Below are positions 1 through 12,306 of a stretch of 64,000 nucleotides of DNA, piece after piece. The DNA comes from Eledone cirrhosa (lineage: Eukaryota): NCBI GenBank assembly GCA_964016885.1, contig OZ024741.1, positions 194,432,001 through 194,496,000 of the forward strand. Reading direction: 5' to 3'. Position 1 is the stretch's first letter. Each line of letters starts with the position of its first letter. The notes under the pieces were generated by a model. The model did not search any database, was not told the origin of the DNA, and saw only the letters and a program-made list of their open reading frames with translations. Made by a program: the position numbers and the translations under genes.

Positions 1-480
1 AAAAAGTGCACATCATTTGTACACAACTATCGACCTATATCAGATAGATTAGCTGTTCAGAGCTTGAAAAGTAAATTTTGTAATCTCATACTTATTGTAC
101 AAGTGCTATTTTCCCACATCTACACATCCAGATGAAGAAATCAATGAGTTATATGACGACATACAGGCTATTATAGATTTAAAAAAACCAAAGAGAGATC
201 ACCTCTTTTTGATGGGTGACTTTAACTGTAAAATTGGGCAACTGAATCAATCATTCCCATATTGAGAAATATACCACAAGTATATTTAAGTCGAGAGGTG
301 AGCTTCTAGCCTAGTTTTGTATGAAGAACAATATTCAGATCACCAACACAATATTTCAAAAGAAAAACCTGTTCACTTAGATATCACCAGACAGTATAAC
401 TAAGAATCCAAATAAACTTTATAATAGCAAGAAAATCTTCAGCAAGACTAAGCATATTAGACAGTACTTCTTTTAACACT
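1..480 (+). mobile_element. Degenerate LINE APE-endonuclease fragment
   Basis: Translates to YFPTSTHPDEEINELYDDIQ...LFLMGDFNCKIG, with stops and frameshifts further on. Confidence 0.75.
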
Positions 481-500
481 CCTGATATATATATATATAT

Positions 501-868
501 GGAGGCACATGGCTTAGTGGTTAGAGCATTGGCCTTGCAATCGAAAGGTTGTGAGTTCAATTCTCAGACCGGGTGATGTGTTGTTTCCTTGAGCAAGACA
601 CTTTATTTCACATTGCTCCAGTTTACTCAGCTGTAGAAATGAGATGATAGGACTGGGATCCCTATCATTCCACAGCAAAAAAGCACCCAGTCCACACTGT
701 AAAGTGGACATGTAGGCGCCACAGAAAAAAAAAAAAAAAAAAATCACCCAGCACTCACTGTAAATAAGGTTGGTGTTAGGAAGGGCATCCAGCTGTAGAA
801 ATCAAGCCAGAATCAGTTCCCGTCCCGCCCTTGCAAGCAAGGAAAAGCGGACGTAAAATGATGATGAT
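501..868 (+). mobile_element. tRNA-derived SINE (CORE-like body, RTE-derived tail)
   Basis: A box TGGCTTAGTGG, B box GAGTTCAATTC, CORE-like CCTTGAGCAAGACACTT, tail GGTTGGTGTTAGGAAGGGCATCCAG...GGACGTAAAATGATGATGAT, inserted in (TA)n. Confidence 0.85.
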
Positions 869-1529
869 ATATATATATATATTTATTTTATCTGAAACAG
901 ATAAAATAAAGATGGCGTAGATATACAATACAACAGGAGGAACACAATAGTACCACTGATGATGTTGCAGATGTGCAACGAAAGAACTTTATTAGACTAT
1001 ATATATATGTGTTTATATCTATATTATATATGTACTTTTGACCGTTGGTCAGTCAATGATAAACATTGAGGACCAAATGAATTAACTGTGGAGATATAAA
1101 AGATACAAAAGGGAAAACCAACCAAACAGTGAGTGTGTTCCGTTATTATTTCTGGCAATATTATTACAACAATATGACCCTCCCCAAGTATAACAATATT
1201 TGTTTTGACACACGATTTCATATCAAAAACCTTGCAAAACAAATTTATCGCTGTTATATAACGAAGGAGGTGTGGTAAGGAAACAGCTGTCGGGGTCAAA
1301 CATTTTCCTATACATATATATATAAATGAAGTAATTCCGTCGGAAAAGTCCAGGAAAAAAGAGTGCTCTATGTAGGTTTTTAAAATCCAAATTCAATAAA
1401 CACCAGGATTTTTTCATTCTGAGGATTGAAAGCAAAATTTTTTGCTTTTAAGAAACCACTGGTAAATGGAATAATTGCCTTATGTTGTTTATTACATAAC
1501 TATATATATATATATATATATATATTTAT

Positions 1530-1780
1530 TTGCATTCCAGTCAAGGGGCTGAGGCCATGCTGGGGCACTGCCACTGATGCTACACTTTCTATAGCCACCC
1601 TTCCCTAGTTGGCCACTGATGCAAAAGTGAGTTTGTTGCTGCTGCTCTTATTTGTGCTTCACCTTATGCTGTGGGTTCATCCGGGGTCTTGGTTCATTGA
1701 GTGTTGAGGTGTCTCTTGTAAACATCTACATGCACACCATGTAGATCTCTTAGATTGTTTGGCAGCTTATTAAAATGCTC
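1530..1780 (-). mobile_element. 3' end of a CR1-like LINE
   Basis: FNKLPNNLRDLHGVHVDVYKRHL resembles the ORF2 C-terminus of CR1-group elements. Confidence 0.5.
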
Positions 1781-2470
1781 GGGTACCGCTATGAGGAGGG
1801 ACAGGCCAGTGGACTGTGCCGAACCCTTGACACAGCAGACCTTCAGTTCAGGTGTCGGATGCCATGTGATTCCACTATGAAGAGGGACAAGCCAGTTGGC
1901 CGCACCGAACCCATCCCACAGGGTAGCCATAGTTCTGGAGCCCAGTACTGGATGGCACCGCTATGCAGAGGGACAGGCAAGTTGACTGTGCCAAACCCTT
2001 CACACAGTGGACCCTCAGTTCAGGTGTTGTGTAGCACGGCTAATATAAGGGACAGGCCAGTTAGCCATACTGAACCCCTCTTGCAGCGGAGCGACCTTCT
2101 GAACTTAGGAGCCCAGGACTGCTATATGCAGGACAGGCCTCTTGGCCATGCCAAACCCTTCTCACAGTGGACCCATAGTTCAGGAATGGCACCGTTATGA
2201 GGAGGGACAGGCCAGTTGGCAACGCCGAACCTCAGTTTTGGAGCCAGGTACTCTCACAGAAGAACCACAGTTTTGGGGCCTGGTACTGGATGGCACCACT
2301 GAGGAGGGACAGGTGTGGAACCACATTTTGGGTGCCTGGTGCTGGATGGCACCACTATACAGACAGACTGGTTGGAGCTTGGAACTGGATGGCATTGATA
2401 CGAGGAGCCTAACGCATCTCACAGCATAGCCATAGTTTTAGGGCCTGGTACTGGATGGCACTGCTATGAT
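1780..2470. repeat. Degenerate GC-rich tandem repeat
   Basis: Recurring GGATGGCACC(G/A)CTATGAGGAGGGACAGGCCAGTTGG motif, about 8-10 imperfect units. Confidence 0.7.
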
Positions 2471-3489
2471 TGAGTCCACTAATGTTCAGGGAGATATACA
2501 GTAATACCTTAAGCACTTACTGGTGAATGATGTTCCCTGGTCTTGATGCTTGTTACTAATATCGATGATTGGTGATTGAACCCAATCATTAGATCAATTA
2601 TAAACATCATATTCTAGAATTTATCATGAAACAGCTGTATAAGTGAACTTTAGACACTTTTGGCTTGATTTTTCTAGGAGTGAGTACATTCATTTATTAT
2701 TCTATGTATGTACATGATACTACTTATTTCTCAACTAGATATATAAAAGACTTTTTCGTATAATGTTTAAATTTGTATAAATTATGCTCTGAGATTAATG
2801 TTCACTGAGCTTCCTTTGTTGAGTAACTTAATCAATATACATTATATATGTATAGATTTAACCTAATTATAGTATATAACCTATATATATATTCTCCTCA
2901 CTTAATGTCTATTTTCCACACTTTCATGGGTTAGATGGGTTGTCACTTTATGAGACAATTCGGGTCAGATGACCATGTTTTGCTGATGGTTGTGTATTTT
3001 GGTTTGGATACTCTTCTTAATTCCAACCATTGACAGGGTGGATTGTGTGCTGCCTCATGTCATGTTACCAGCATGATCACTTTGCAGGGTGTTTTTTGTC
3101 AAGGCAGCGACATTGTGGGAAAGCAGATGTGGAGTATGTCCAGCTTTCCATGCTTGTATGTATAGGTTGGATAGGACAGGAGAAGTGTATCAGGAGTGGT
3201 GAAGGCAGAGAGAGGAATGAATATGCAAGTTTGACATGGATGTGGTGAGTGGAATACTTAGCTGGTGAAGAAGATTGGTGCAGACTGGTGTCTTCTACAT
3301 ATTTGTTTCATCATGTGCACATGGAAGGCAGGTCTTCTGCAGTACAGCATAACATAAGAGATCTTGATTCTGTGTCATCTCCTTTAAGAAGTTTAAATAT
3401 ATATAGTTAATCTAGATAAGATGCAGGTTGGCTTTATACCATTGATGCATCTTCCTGGTGAGACAACTGGAGGAGAAGTATTTAACTAA

Positions 3490-4700
3490 GAGTAAATCCT
3501 TCTACCTGGCTATTGTTGACCTGGAGAAAGCCTTCAACAGGATACCTTACTCCATGATCTGGTGGGATTTTAGGAAATTAGGGATAGACGAGTGATATGT
3601 GAGGGTTGTAAAAACCACATACAGAGGTCCATGTACAGAGGTCCATGTTCAGTGAAATTTATTAAGTATAGCGAGGTATTTAGCATGCAGGTGGGGGTCC
3701 ACCAGGGCTCTGTCCACAGTTCCTTCCTGTTTATCATAGTTCTCTAGGCTATTATGGAGGAGTTTATAACTGGTTATCCATAGCAGATGACCAAGTTCTC
3801 ATAGCTGAATCTGCAAACGAACAAGAGAAGAAATTCCAGACTTGAGAGCAAAATCTGGAATCAAAAGGCTTCAAAGTCAACTTAGCCAAAACTAAAGTCC
3901 TAGTAAATAGAAAATGACATGGCCCTAATTCATCAGGAAAACAGCCATGTTCAATATGCAAAAAAATTAACTGATAGAAACTCCATACAGTAGACAAAAT
4001 GTAATGTGTGTGTGCACAAGAGGTGTAGTGGGATTTTCGGCAGGCTAACAAAGAATGTCGGCTATGCATGTGATAAGTGCACTGGAGCAATAAGCTGCAA
4101 GGATCTGTATACTTATATGTATATGAAACAGGCACTATAAAATGCTCTGATTGTTCTCTAGAAGTAGTTGACAGCTTTTGCAACATAGAGGACCTGGTTA
4201 GCAGTCAGTGTGGATGTTCTGAAAGTTCAGTGACTAGAGTGGGAACTAGGTGTAACAAATTCATAGAGTTACTATTCCTAATGACTACAAAAGGTTTCTC
4301 CCTCAGGACGAAAGGCAGATTGTATGATGCCTATTAATGAACTGTGAAGCTGCATGTTAGTTAGACTTGGGTCTTGACTGCAGAGGATCTGTGACAATTG
4401 GAGAGAAATGAAGCAAGCATAAAGTGTTAGCGAACTGAGAGAAAAGCTGAGCACAAGGGGCATTAGATGTGAAGTTCAAGAGAGAAGACAATATTGGTAT
4501 GAACATGAGATGTGTATGAAGGATGACAGCTGCATAAAAAAGTGTCGGGCTCTTAAAGTTAATGGAAATTATGGAAGAGGTAAACCAAGGAAAATGTGGA
4601 ATGAAGTAGTAAAAGCTGACCTCCCAAAGAAGATAACACAAGATTGAGTTGAATGGAGATATGCCCTATTGCAGAAGACTCACTTTCCACATGAGCAGGA
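3490..4700 (+). mobile_element. Old degenerate RTE-clade LINE (same family as 43395 and 49601 copies)
   Basis: VDLEKAFNR, VGVHQGS, KTKVL, remnant Cys-rich insert, KGFSLRTKGRLYDA, with many stops. Confidence 0.85.
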
Positions 4701-5204
4701 TAGAATGAGCACGGTGAGGTTAATGGTAAAAGTAGAGAGGTGTAACAATATTTAACTCCCCATCACCCTGCTAAATATGGCCCCTTACATTTTCCATACC
4801 TTATTATCTAACCTCCCTCTCCCACCTAGTCATCTCCCACACACGTAATCTATCTTCCCTTCTCCTCCACCTTAGTCTTCCTCCACCTTAGTCTTCCTCT
4901 TTATCCACAGCCCTGATTCCTCCTTTTCTGTTCAACCTATGCTAATATGGAAAGATGGACATGCCTCCCTCACCTCCAGTTCACCTGGCCAGATATCACC
5001 TGTTCACCCACCCCCTCGTCACTATGTAGATACCCATCTCCCTACCAATATGGTGCCTCCATCTTCCTCTTATGTCACTAAATAACAGCCCAGTCTCCCC
5101 CTCCCCCTCTACCTTAGTATTCTCATCCTCTCTGATCTTGGTCCCTAGTTCAACTATAGCAGCATGGAAATATGTATGCACACAGTAGTGTGCCACTAGA
5201 AGTC

Positions 5205-5713
5205 TGTAGTGACCCCCTAGCGGTGGAACCCAGAACTCATTAGAGTTACGTCCCTTGGGGACGTTAGTGACCCCTAGTGTCACCTACAAGAAGCAATTGG
5301 AGTTACATCCCCATGGGGACTATATATTGAGACCGCCAGGGCATTCTTTCTCTTTTTTCGCTCCTTCACTCTGATTAGCGCGATGTAGCATCCCTGGAGA
5401 ACGGAGCTGATTTCACCCATGACACGTGTGGAGACCAATACCAAATTACCCCAGTAAACACGTTAAGAGCCTTCTCTCTCCAAGAACAAACTCCAGCACA
5501 TACTTTGGTCTCAATCCACTCAGCTACCTGAAACATCAACAACCTCTGTATCTCCGGTAACTTATATATTGTTCTCTTTTGACTTCCACGAAGTAAACCT
5601 ATCTACAAACAAAGTAAATCAGCCTTTCATGTTATTTCTAAATCAGTAATAAAAATATGTATAATACTAATCTTCTAAAAGTCGTTCTGAAAGTCACTTT
5701 TCCTATAGTTACA
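5205..5713 (+). mobile_element. Candidate solo LTR
   Basis: TGTAGT...GTTACA termini, 509 bp, TATA-like at ~5321 and AATAAA at ~5648; no convincing TSD. Confidence 0.4.
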
Positions 5714-6371
5714 TGTTCTTGAAAGTATATGTGTGTGTGTATAGTTCAAGATTAAAAAAGACAAATACAGAGATACAATTACACAATGTCTTATTAGTTT
5801 CACGCTTCTTGGAAAAGGAGAAACAATGAGTCAATGTATCGGACGTTTGTCCTTCATCAAGAGGAGTAAACTTCGGAGAAAGAATAGGCTGGAAGATTAA
5901 AGAAAAAGAAGAAAACATGTTCATGATGGGTGAGAGGTGGAAGGCATGTGTACATATGTATCTGTGTATATGTCCACCCTGTAATATGGCAATGCTCGTG
6001 ATAGGACAAAAGCAAGCACTCCACCCTGCAAAGTCGTTGTACTGGTACCATGATTAAAAGCACCCAGGCCACCACGTAAAGTGTTAATACTGGTGCCACA
6101 ATAAAAAGTACTCAGTTCACCCTGTAAGGTGGTCGCACTGGTGCCATAATGAAAAGCCCGCAGATCTGTGTTAGTGTTGCGACAAAAAACACAGTCCACC
6201 CTGTAAGGTGGTTGGCATTAAGAAGGGCTCCAAGCCATAGAAAACCCAATCCAAAATGGATCATTTGAGCATGAAGTGGTCACCTGACCACTTTTTGTCT
6301 CTTAACACTATAGTACATTTAATACATGCAAGCATGAGAAATAGACATTAAACTACACACACATATATATA

Positions 6372-6516
6372 TAGAAGTGGTAACACAACAGTTAGTTCAC
6401 CATACTGAGAACAATTGTTTCACCTTAGTGGATCCTCAGCTTTATGAGCTGAAGATCCGCTAAGGTGAAACAATTGTTCTCGGTATGGTGAACTAACTGT
6501 TGTGTTACCACTTCTA
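6372..6516. repeat. 70-bp-arm palindrome carrying minimal hammerhead motifs on both strands (family B, Penelope pLTR-like)
   Basis: Arms 6372-6441 and 6447-6516 differ at 3 positions. Plus strand reads GAG-CTGAAGA-TCCGCTAAGGT-GAAA-CAATTGT-T-CTC (palindromic stem III ACAATTGT, GUU site). Confidence 0.75.
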
Positions 6517-7175
6517 CCTAACTCGTCCCTTGGACTGAGTGCTCTACCACTACGGATATTACCTTCCATTGTTCTACCTCTCTCTCTCTACATATATATA
6601 TACACATACATACATTCATATACACGCACACATACATACACACATTCATATATATACACACACATTCATACACACATATTCATACATACACATATACATA
6701 CATATGCATGCATATCTACATACATACATGCAGCCACATATATATATATATATATATATATATGTATAACACCACCAGGAGTACATCTTGAAATCTACCT
6801 TTTTATTTAATCAATGCTTCCATTGAAGAAAAATATACATCTGCACACTGCATGTTTATATACACTTGCACACACATGTGCACAATCATGTGATTGCAAC
6901 TTTGCATGCATGCACAATGACTGAAGTTGTATGTTTATTTGTACAGAAACATGCAATGCACATTCAACCATGAGTGGGTATTTATTTATGCATATGTGTG
7001 TATATATATTATATATGTTTACACACATACATGTCTGCCTATATTCTAAGCTAAACATATAAAGTATTGATGAACATATACATGCCCATATGTGTGTAGA
7101 TCCAATAGTGGTAATGTGTATAGACAGAGAAGTATATCAACATTTGTTGAAGCTTTCTCTTGATGTGTGTGTATG

Positions 7176-7214
<39 letters not shown>

Positions 7215-7546
7215 TATTCTATTCAAATGTCAAATGTAAATATATGCATATGTGTTTGCATGTGTATATATATGTGTATATGTGCATATGTCTGTATATG
7301 TGTGTGTCTCTACATGCAAGTTTTGTTGTGTGCATTTTAAATGTATGTACAGATCTACCTTATGTGTATCTGTGCATATGTCTGTGTATATATGTGTTTA
7401 TCTGTGCGTGTATGGTGTATGGGTGTATGGGTGTATATAGGAGTATGTTTATGTCTCTACATGCAAGTTTTGTTGTGTGTATTTTAAATGTATGTGAGGA
7501 TCTACCTTATGTGAACTGTCGTTATTACTTAGGACTATGCATAGGT

Positions 7547-7667
<121 letters not shown>

Positions 7668-7744
7668 ATATATGTATATATGTCACTGTTCCTACATAGT
7701 TGTACATACATAAGGGTGTCTGTCTCTATGTGTTGTCACTGTTC

Positions 7745-8170
7745 TTATATATGTCTACATATGTAAGTATGTATATACAGGTGTTTTGTCTGTGTGTGTT
7801 TATATTTATATATGTCTACATATGTAAGTATGTATATACAGGTGTTTTGTCTGTGTGTGTTTATATTTATATATGTCTACATATGTAAGTATGTATATAC
7901 AGGTGTTTTGTCTGTGTGTGTTTATATTTATATATGTCTACATATGTAAGTATGTATATACAGGTGTTTTGTCTGTGTGTGTTTATATTTATATATGTCT
8001 ACATATGTAAGTATGTATATACAGGTGTTTTGTCTGTGTGTGTTTATATTTATATATGTCTACACATGTAAGTATGTATATACAGGTGTTTTGTCTGTGT
8101 GTGTTTGTATTTATATATGTCTACATATGTAAGTATGTATATACAGGTGTTTTGTCTGTGTGTGTGTGTT
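7745..8170. repeat. 61-bp minisatellite, ~7 copies
   Basis: ACATATGTAAG recurs at 61-bp spacing (7757, 7818, 7879, 7940, 8001). Confidence 0.9.
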
Positions 8171-8996
8171 TATATAAATATATATATATATGTATATATA
8201 TGTTACTGTTCCTATATATATATTACATATATAAATATGTGGAAGTGTTTAAGTGGGTGTTTCATAAACACTGTGTTTATTAATTACTCTCAAGGGGTTT
8301 CTTTTTAAACTACCAATTATAAATTCTTCATTTTCACATCTTAACACGAACCCAAGCAACCGACTGCCACCACTGCCACCACCACTTACACCACCACCAC
8401 ATACACTACCATCACCACCATCACCATCATCTCCACCTATACCACCACCAAGATACAAGGGTTGAGGGAACAGCTTTGTTGATCACCTGCAGTATATAGC
8501 TGTTACAGTAGAGAATGGAGAGAATGGTTTTATTCACTGACCTCAGTATATGACTAGTACACAACTGGTAATTATGGTACAGTTACAGCAGGAGAGATAA
8601 CAGTTGTATTGACCCTAATATACAACTGGTAGAGAAGAGGGTGGAGGTAACAGTTCTATTGGCCTCGATATACAACTGGTAACAGTACATCCTTAGTATA
8701 TAACATGTACAGTGGCGGCTGGAAGGAATAGTTGATGTGACCCTAGTACATAACTGGTATACAATAACACAGACTCATATGCCAAACATTCGGATGGAGG
8801 CAACTGTTGATAAAATCAATCGTAGTAATATTAACATAGAAATATTGATACTAATAATATATAATAATAGTAATGATTTCTTTTATTTGTCACAAGGGCA
8901 CCAAATGGGGGCACATTACAAAAACAGGAATATATAAAGTGTGAGGGTTTACATAGAAATCGGACGAGAGAAAAATATGTACATATATTTGTGTGC

Positions 8997-9038
<42 letters not shown>

Positions 9039-9298
9039 TGTATATAATGACAGCTAGAAACCCTGGGGGAACTGCAATGAGACAATTCAAGCAGTCAACT
9101 AGTATTTGACTGGTACTTAATTTCTTTATTAACCACAACGGTCCGACAAAAAGCACATTACGGCCGATATGATATGACTGTGTGGATTTATGTAAGCGTG
9201 TAAAAAGGGAGAAAATAGTGATGGTTATAATGACATCAACAATGACAGCAACAGCAACAATCGTAAAAGGAGAAGTAATGTTGTTATTATTCACTCAC

Positions 9299-9473
9299 CG
9301 AATATAAAGACGAGCTTAGGGTCAGCAGCAATTAAAGTGACCTCCTTGCCATAATGTATCTTTACCTTGCCCTTATCACGACCCCCATGGATTACAGGGC
9401 AGTCGGTATCCTCCACAGCAGCTGTCCTTCTGGACTTTGAGCGGCGGCGTAAATTTGACAGACCACATCCCAT
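9299..9473 (-). CDS. First coding exon of an adenylate kinase-like (AK5/AK1-type) gene
   Basis: aagATGG start; MGCGLS...DPKLVFIF-G ends at a G|GTGAGT donor exactly where the AK beta1 strand (KIIFVxG) runs into the GPGSGK P-loop. Downstream exons were not found in the window. Confidence 0.65.
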
Positions 9474-9607
9474 CTTGATAGACAGACCTCTCTCATTGTA
9501 ACACTTCTCCTTCCTCTTCTCCTTCCTCTTCTCCTTGCTCGGCTTCACTATTTATTCCACACCACTGACTACCGTTTTATACACACACACGCACACACAC
9601 AGTCATT

Positions 9608-9636
9608 GCAGCAGCAGCAGCAGTAGCAGTAGTAGT

Positions 9637-9668
<32 letters not shown>

Positions 9669-9768
9669 CAGCAGCAGCAGCAGTAGTCGTCGTCGTAGCA
9701 GCAGTAGCAACAGCAGTAGTAGTAGTAGTAGTAGTAGTAGTAGCAGCAGCAGCAGTAGCAGTAGTAGT

Positions 9769-9803
<35 letters not shown>

Positions 9804-9996
9804 CAGCAGCAGCAGCAGTAGTCGTCGTCGTAGTAGTAGTAGTAGCAGCAGTAGCAACAGCAGTAGTAGTAGTAGTAGTAGTAGCAGCAGCAGCAGTAGC
9901 AGTAGTAGTAGCAGCAGCAGCAGTAGTAGTAGTAGTAGTAGCAGCAGCAGCAGTAGTCGTCGTCGTAGTAGTAGTAGTAGCAGCAGTAGCAACAGC

Positions 9997-10061
<65 letters not shown>

Positions 10062-10211
10062 CAGCAGCAGCAGCAGCAGTAGTCGTCGTAGTAGTAGTAG
10101 TAGCAGCAGTAGCAACAGCAGTAGTAGTAGTAGCAACAGCTTTAGTAGTTGTAGTAGTGTAGCAGCAGCAGCAGCAGCAGTAGCAGCAGCAGTAGCAGCA
10201 GCAGCAGTAGC

Positions 10212-10252
<41 letters not shown>

Positions 10253-10324
10253 CAGCGGTGGTGGTGGTGGTGGTAGTAGTAATAATAGTAATAGTAGCAG
10301 CAGCAGCAGTAGTAATAGTAGTAA

Positions 10325-10370
<46 letters not shown>

Positions 10371-12275
10371 CAGTCTTGGCTAAGATTCTACCACCTACAC
10401 TACAGTACTGCTTCTCATTATGATGTTGATGATGGTGATGGTGATGGTGATGGTGGTGAAGGTGGTGGTGGTATTGATGATGGTGATGGTGATGGTGATG
10501 GTGATGGTGATGAAGGTGGTGGTGGTATTGATGGTGGTGGTGGTCATGATGGTTGTGACGATGGTGGTGGTCATGGTGGTTGTAATGATAGGGATAGTGA
10601 TGGTGTTGATGATGGTGTTGATGATGGTGGTGGTGATGGTGATGATGGTGATGATGGTGGTGATGATGGTGGTGGTGGTGATGGTGATGGTGGTGATGGT
10701 GGTGATGATGGTGGTGATGGTGGTGATGATGATGGTGATGGTGATGGTGGTGATGATGGTGGTGATGATGATGGTGGTGTTGATGGTGGTGGTGGTGGTG
10801 ATGGTGGGTAGGGGGTAGTGGTTGTGGTGTTGGTGATGGTGGTGGTGGTGGTGATGGTGGGTAGGGGATAGTGGTTGTGGTGGTGTTGATGGTGGTGGTG
10901 GTGGTGATGGTGGGTAGGGGGTAGTGGTTGTGGTGTTGGTGATGGTGGTGGTGGTGGTGATGGTGGGTAGGGGATAGTGGTTGTGGTGGTGGTGATGGTG
11001 GTGGTGGTGATGGTGGTGGTGGTGGTGGTGATGGTGGTGGGTAGGGGGTAGTGGTTGTGGTGGTGGTGATGGTGTGTAGGGGATAGTGGTTGTGGTGGTG
11101 GTGATGGTAGTGGTGGTGATGGTGGTGATGGTGATGGTGGTGGTGGTGGGTAGGGGATAGTGGTTGTGGTGGTGGTGATGGTGGTGATGGTGGTGGTGGT
11201 GATGATGATGGTGGTGGTGATGGTGGTGGTGGTGGGTAGGGGGTAGTGGTTGTGGTGGTAGTGGTAGTGATGGTGGGTTGGGGATAGTGGTTGTGGTGGT
11301 GGTGGTGGTGGTGATGGTGGTGATGGTGATGGTGGGTAGGGGATAGTGGTTGTGGTGGTGGTGGTGGTGATGGTGGTGGTGGTGATGATGGTGGTGGTGG
11401 TGGTGATGGTGGTGGTGGTGGTGATGGTGATGGTGGTGGTGATGGTGGTGGTGGTGGTGATGGTGGTGGTGGTGGTGGTGGTGGTGGTGGTGGTGGTGAT
11501 GGTGGTGGTGGTGATGGTGGTGGTGGTGGTGGTCGATTTTGTTGACAATACTGGTTTTTGTCGTTGATGTTACTGGCGTTGTTATTAATGTTATGAGAGG
11601 ATGATATTGATGTTAAGCACCAGGTCAGCCCTAATTCTACAGACCTGTTGTGAAGGACATTCCCACCATGGCCATCCAACCCCCTTTTTCTATTATATTG
11701 TCTAATGTGTTTATTATAGTATGGTTTGTTAAGAATTGAGGGAGATCGACTGTTATTTCTAGCAGGCCGAGTGACCACGTAGATAATGACGATGACGATG
11801 TTGATGATGATGATGATGATGATGATGACAACGATGATGATGATGACGACGACGGCGGCGGCGACGACAAGGCTAATGATGATGGGGATGGGGGATGGTA
11901 ATCACAATGATGATGATGACGATGATGATGATGACTGGACGATCGTGTTGACAATAATTGTTTCTACTTTTGGCACAAGGCCAGCAATTATCCCAGTACA
12001 TTACTGGTACTTTATTTTATCGACAATAAATAATGGTTGTTGTTGATGACACTCTAGATGTTATTGCTTCTGCTGCTGTTGCTGCTGCTGCCATTGCTTT
12101 GTTGTTGTTGTTGCTGCTGCTGCTGTTGTTGTTGTTGTTGTTGTCGTCTTCGTTGCTATTGATGTTGTTGTTGTTGTTGTTGTTGGTGTTGTGGGTTTTC
12201 TTGTGTTGTTCGTTGGTGTGGAAAAGAAAATCTCAATTGACATTAGTGCAGAGCCGGAGTGCAGTGTTCGAGTGC

Positions 12276-12306
<31 letters not shown>

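Noticed and set aside
501-575. tRNA gene
   Set aside because: A and B boxes are present, but it is the head of a multi-copy SINE without a proper acceptor stem.
2521-2613. Possible minus-strand exon NMMFIIDLMIG... with AG/GTAAGT borders for the AK-like gene
   Set aside because: The required P-loop exon was not found between it and exon 1, and similarity is too weak.
9577-11778. 733-aa His/Pro/Thr-rich ORF and overlapping poly-S/V/L ORFs
   Set aside because: Translations of trinucleotide microsatellites that lack stops in some frames; no domain or splice support.
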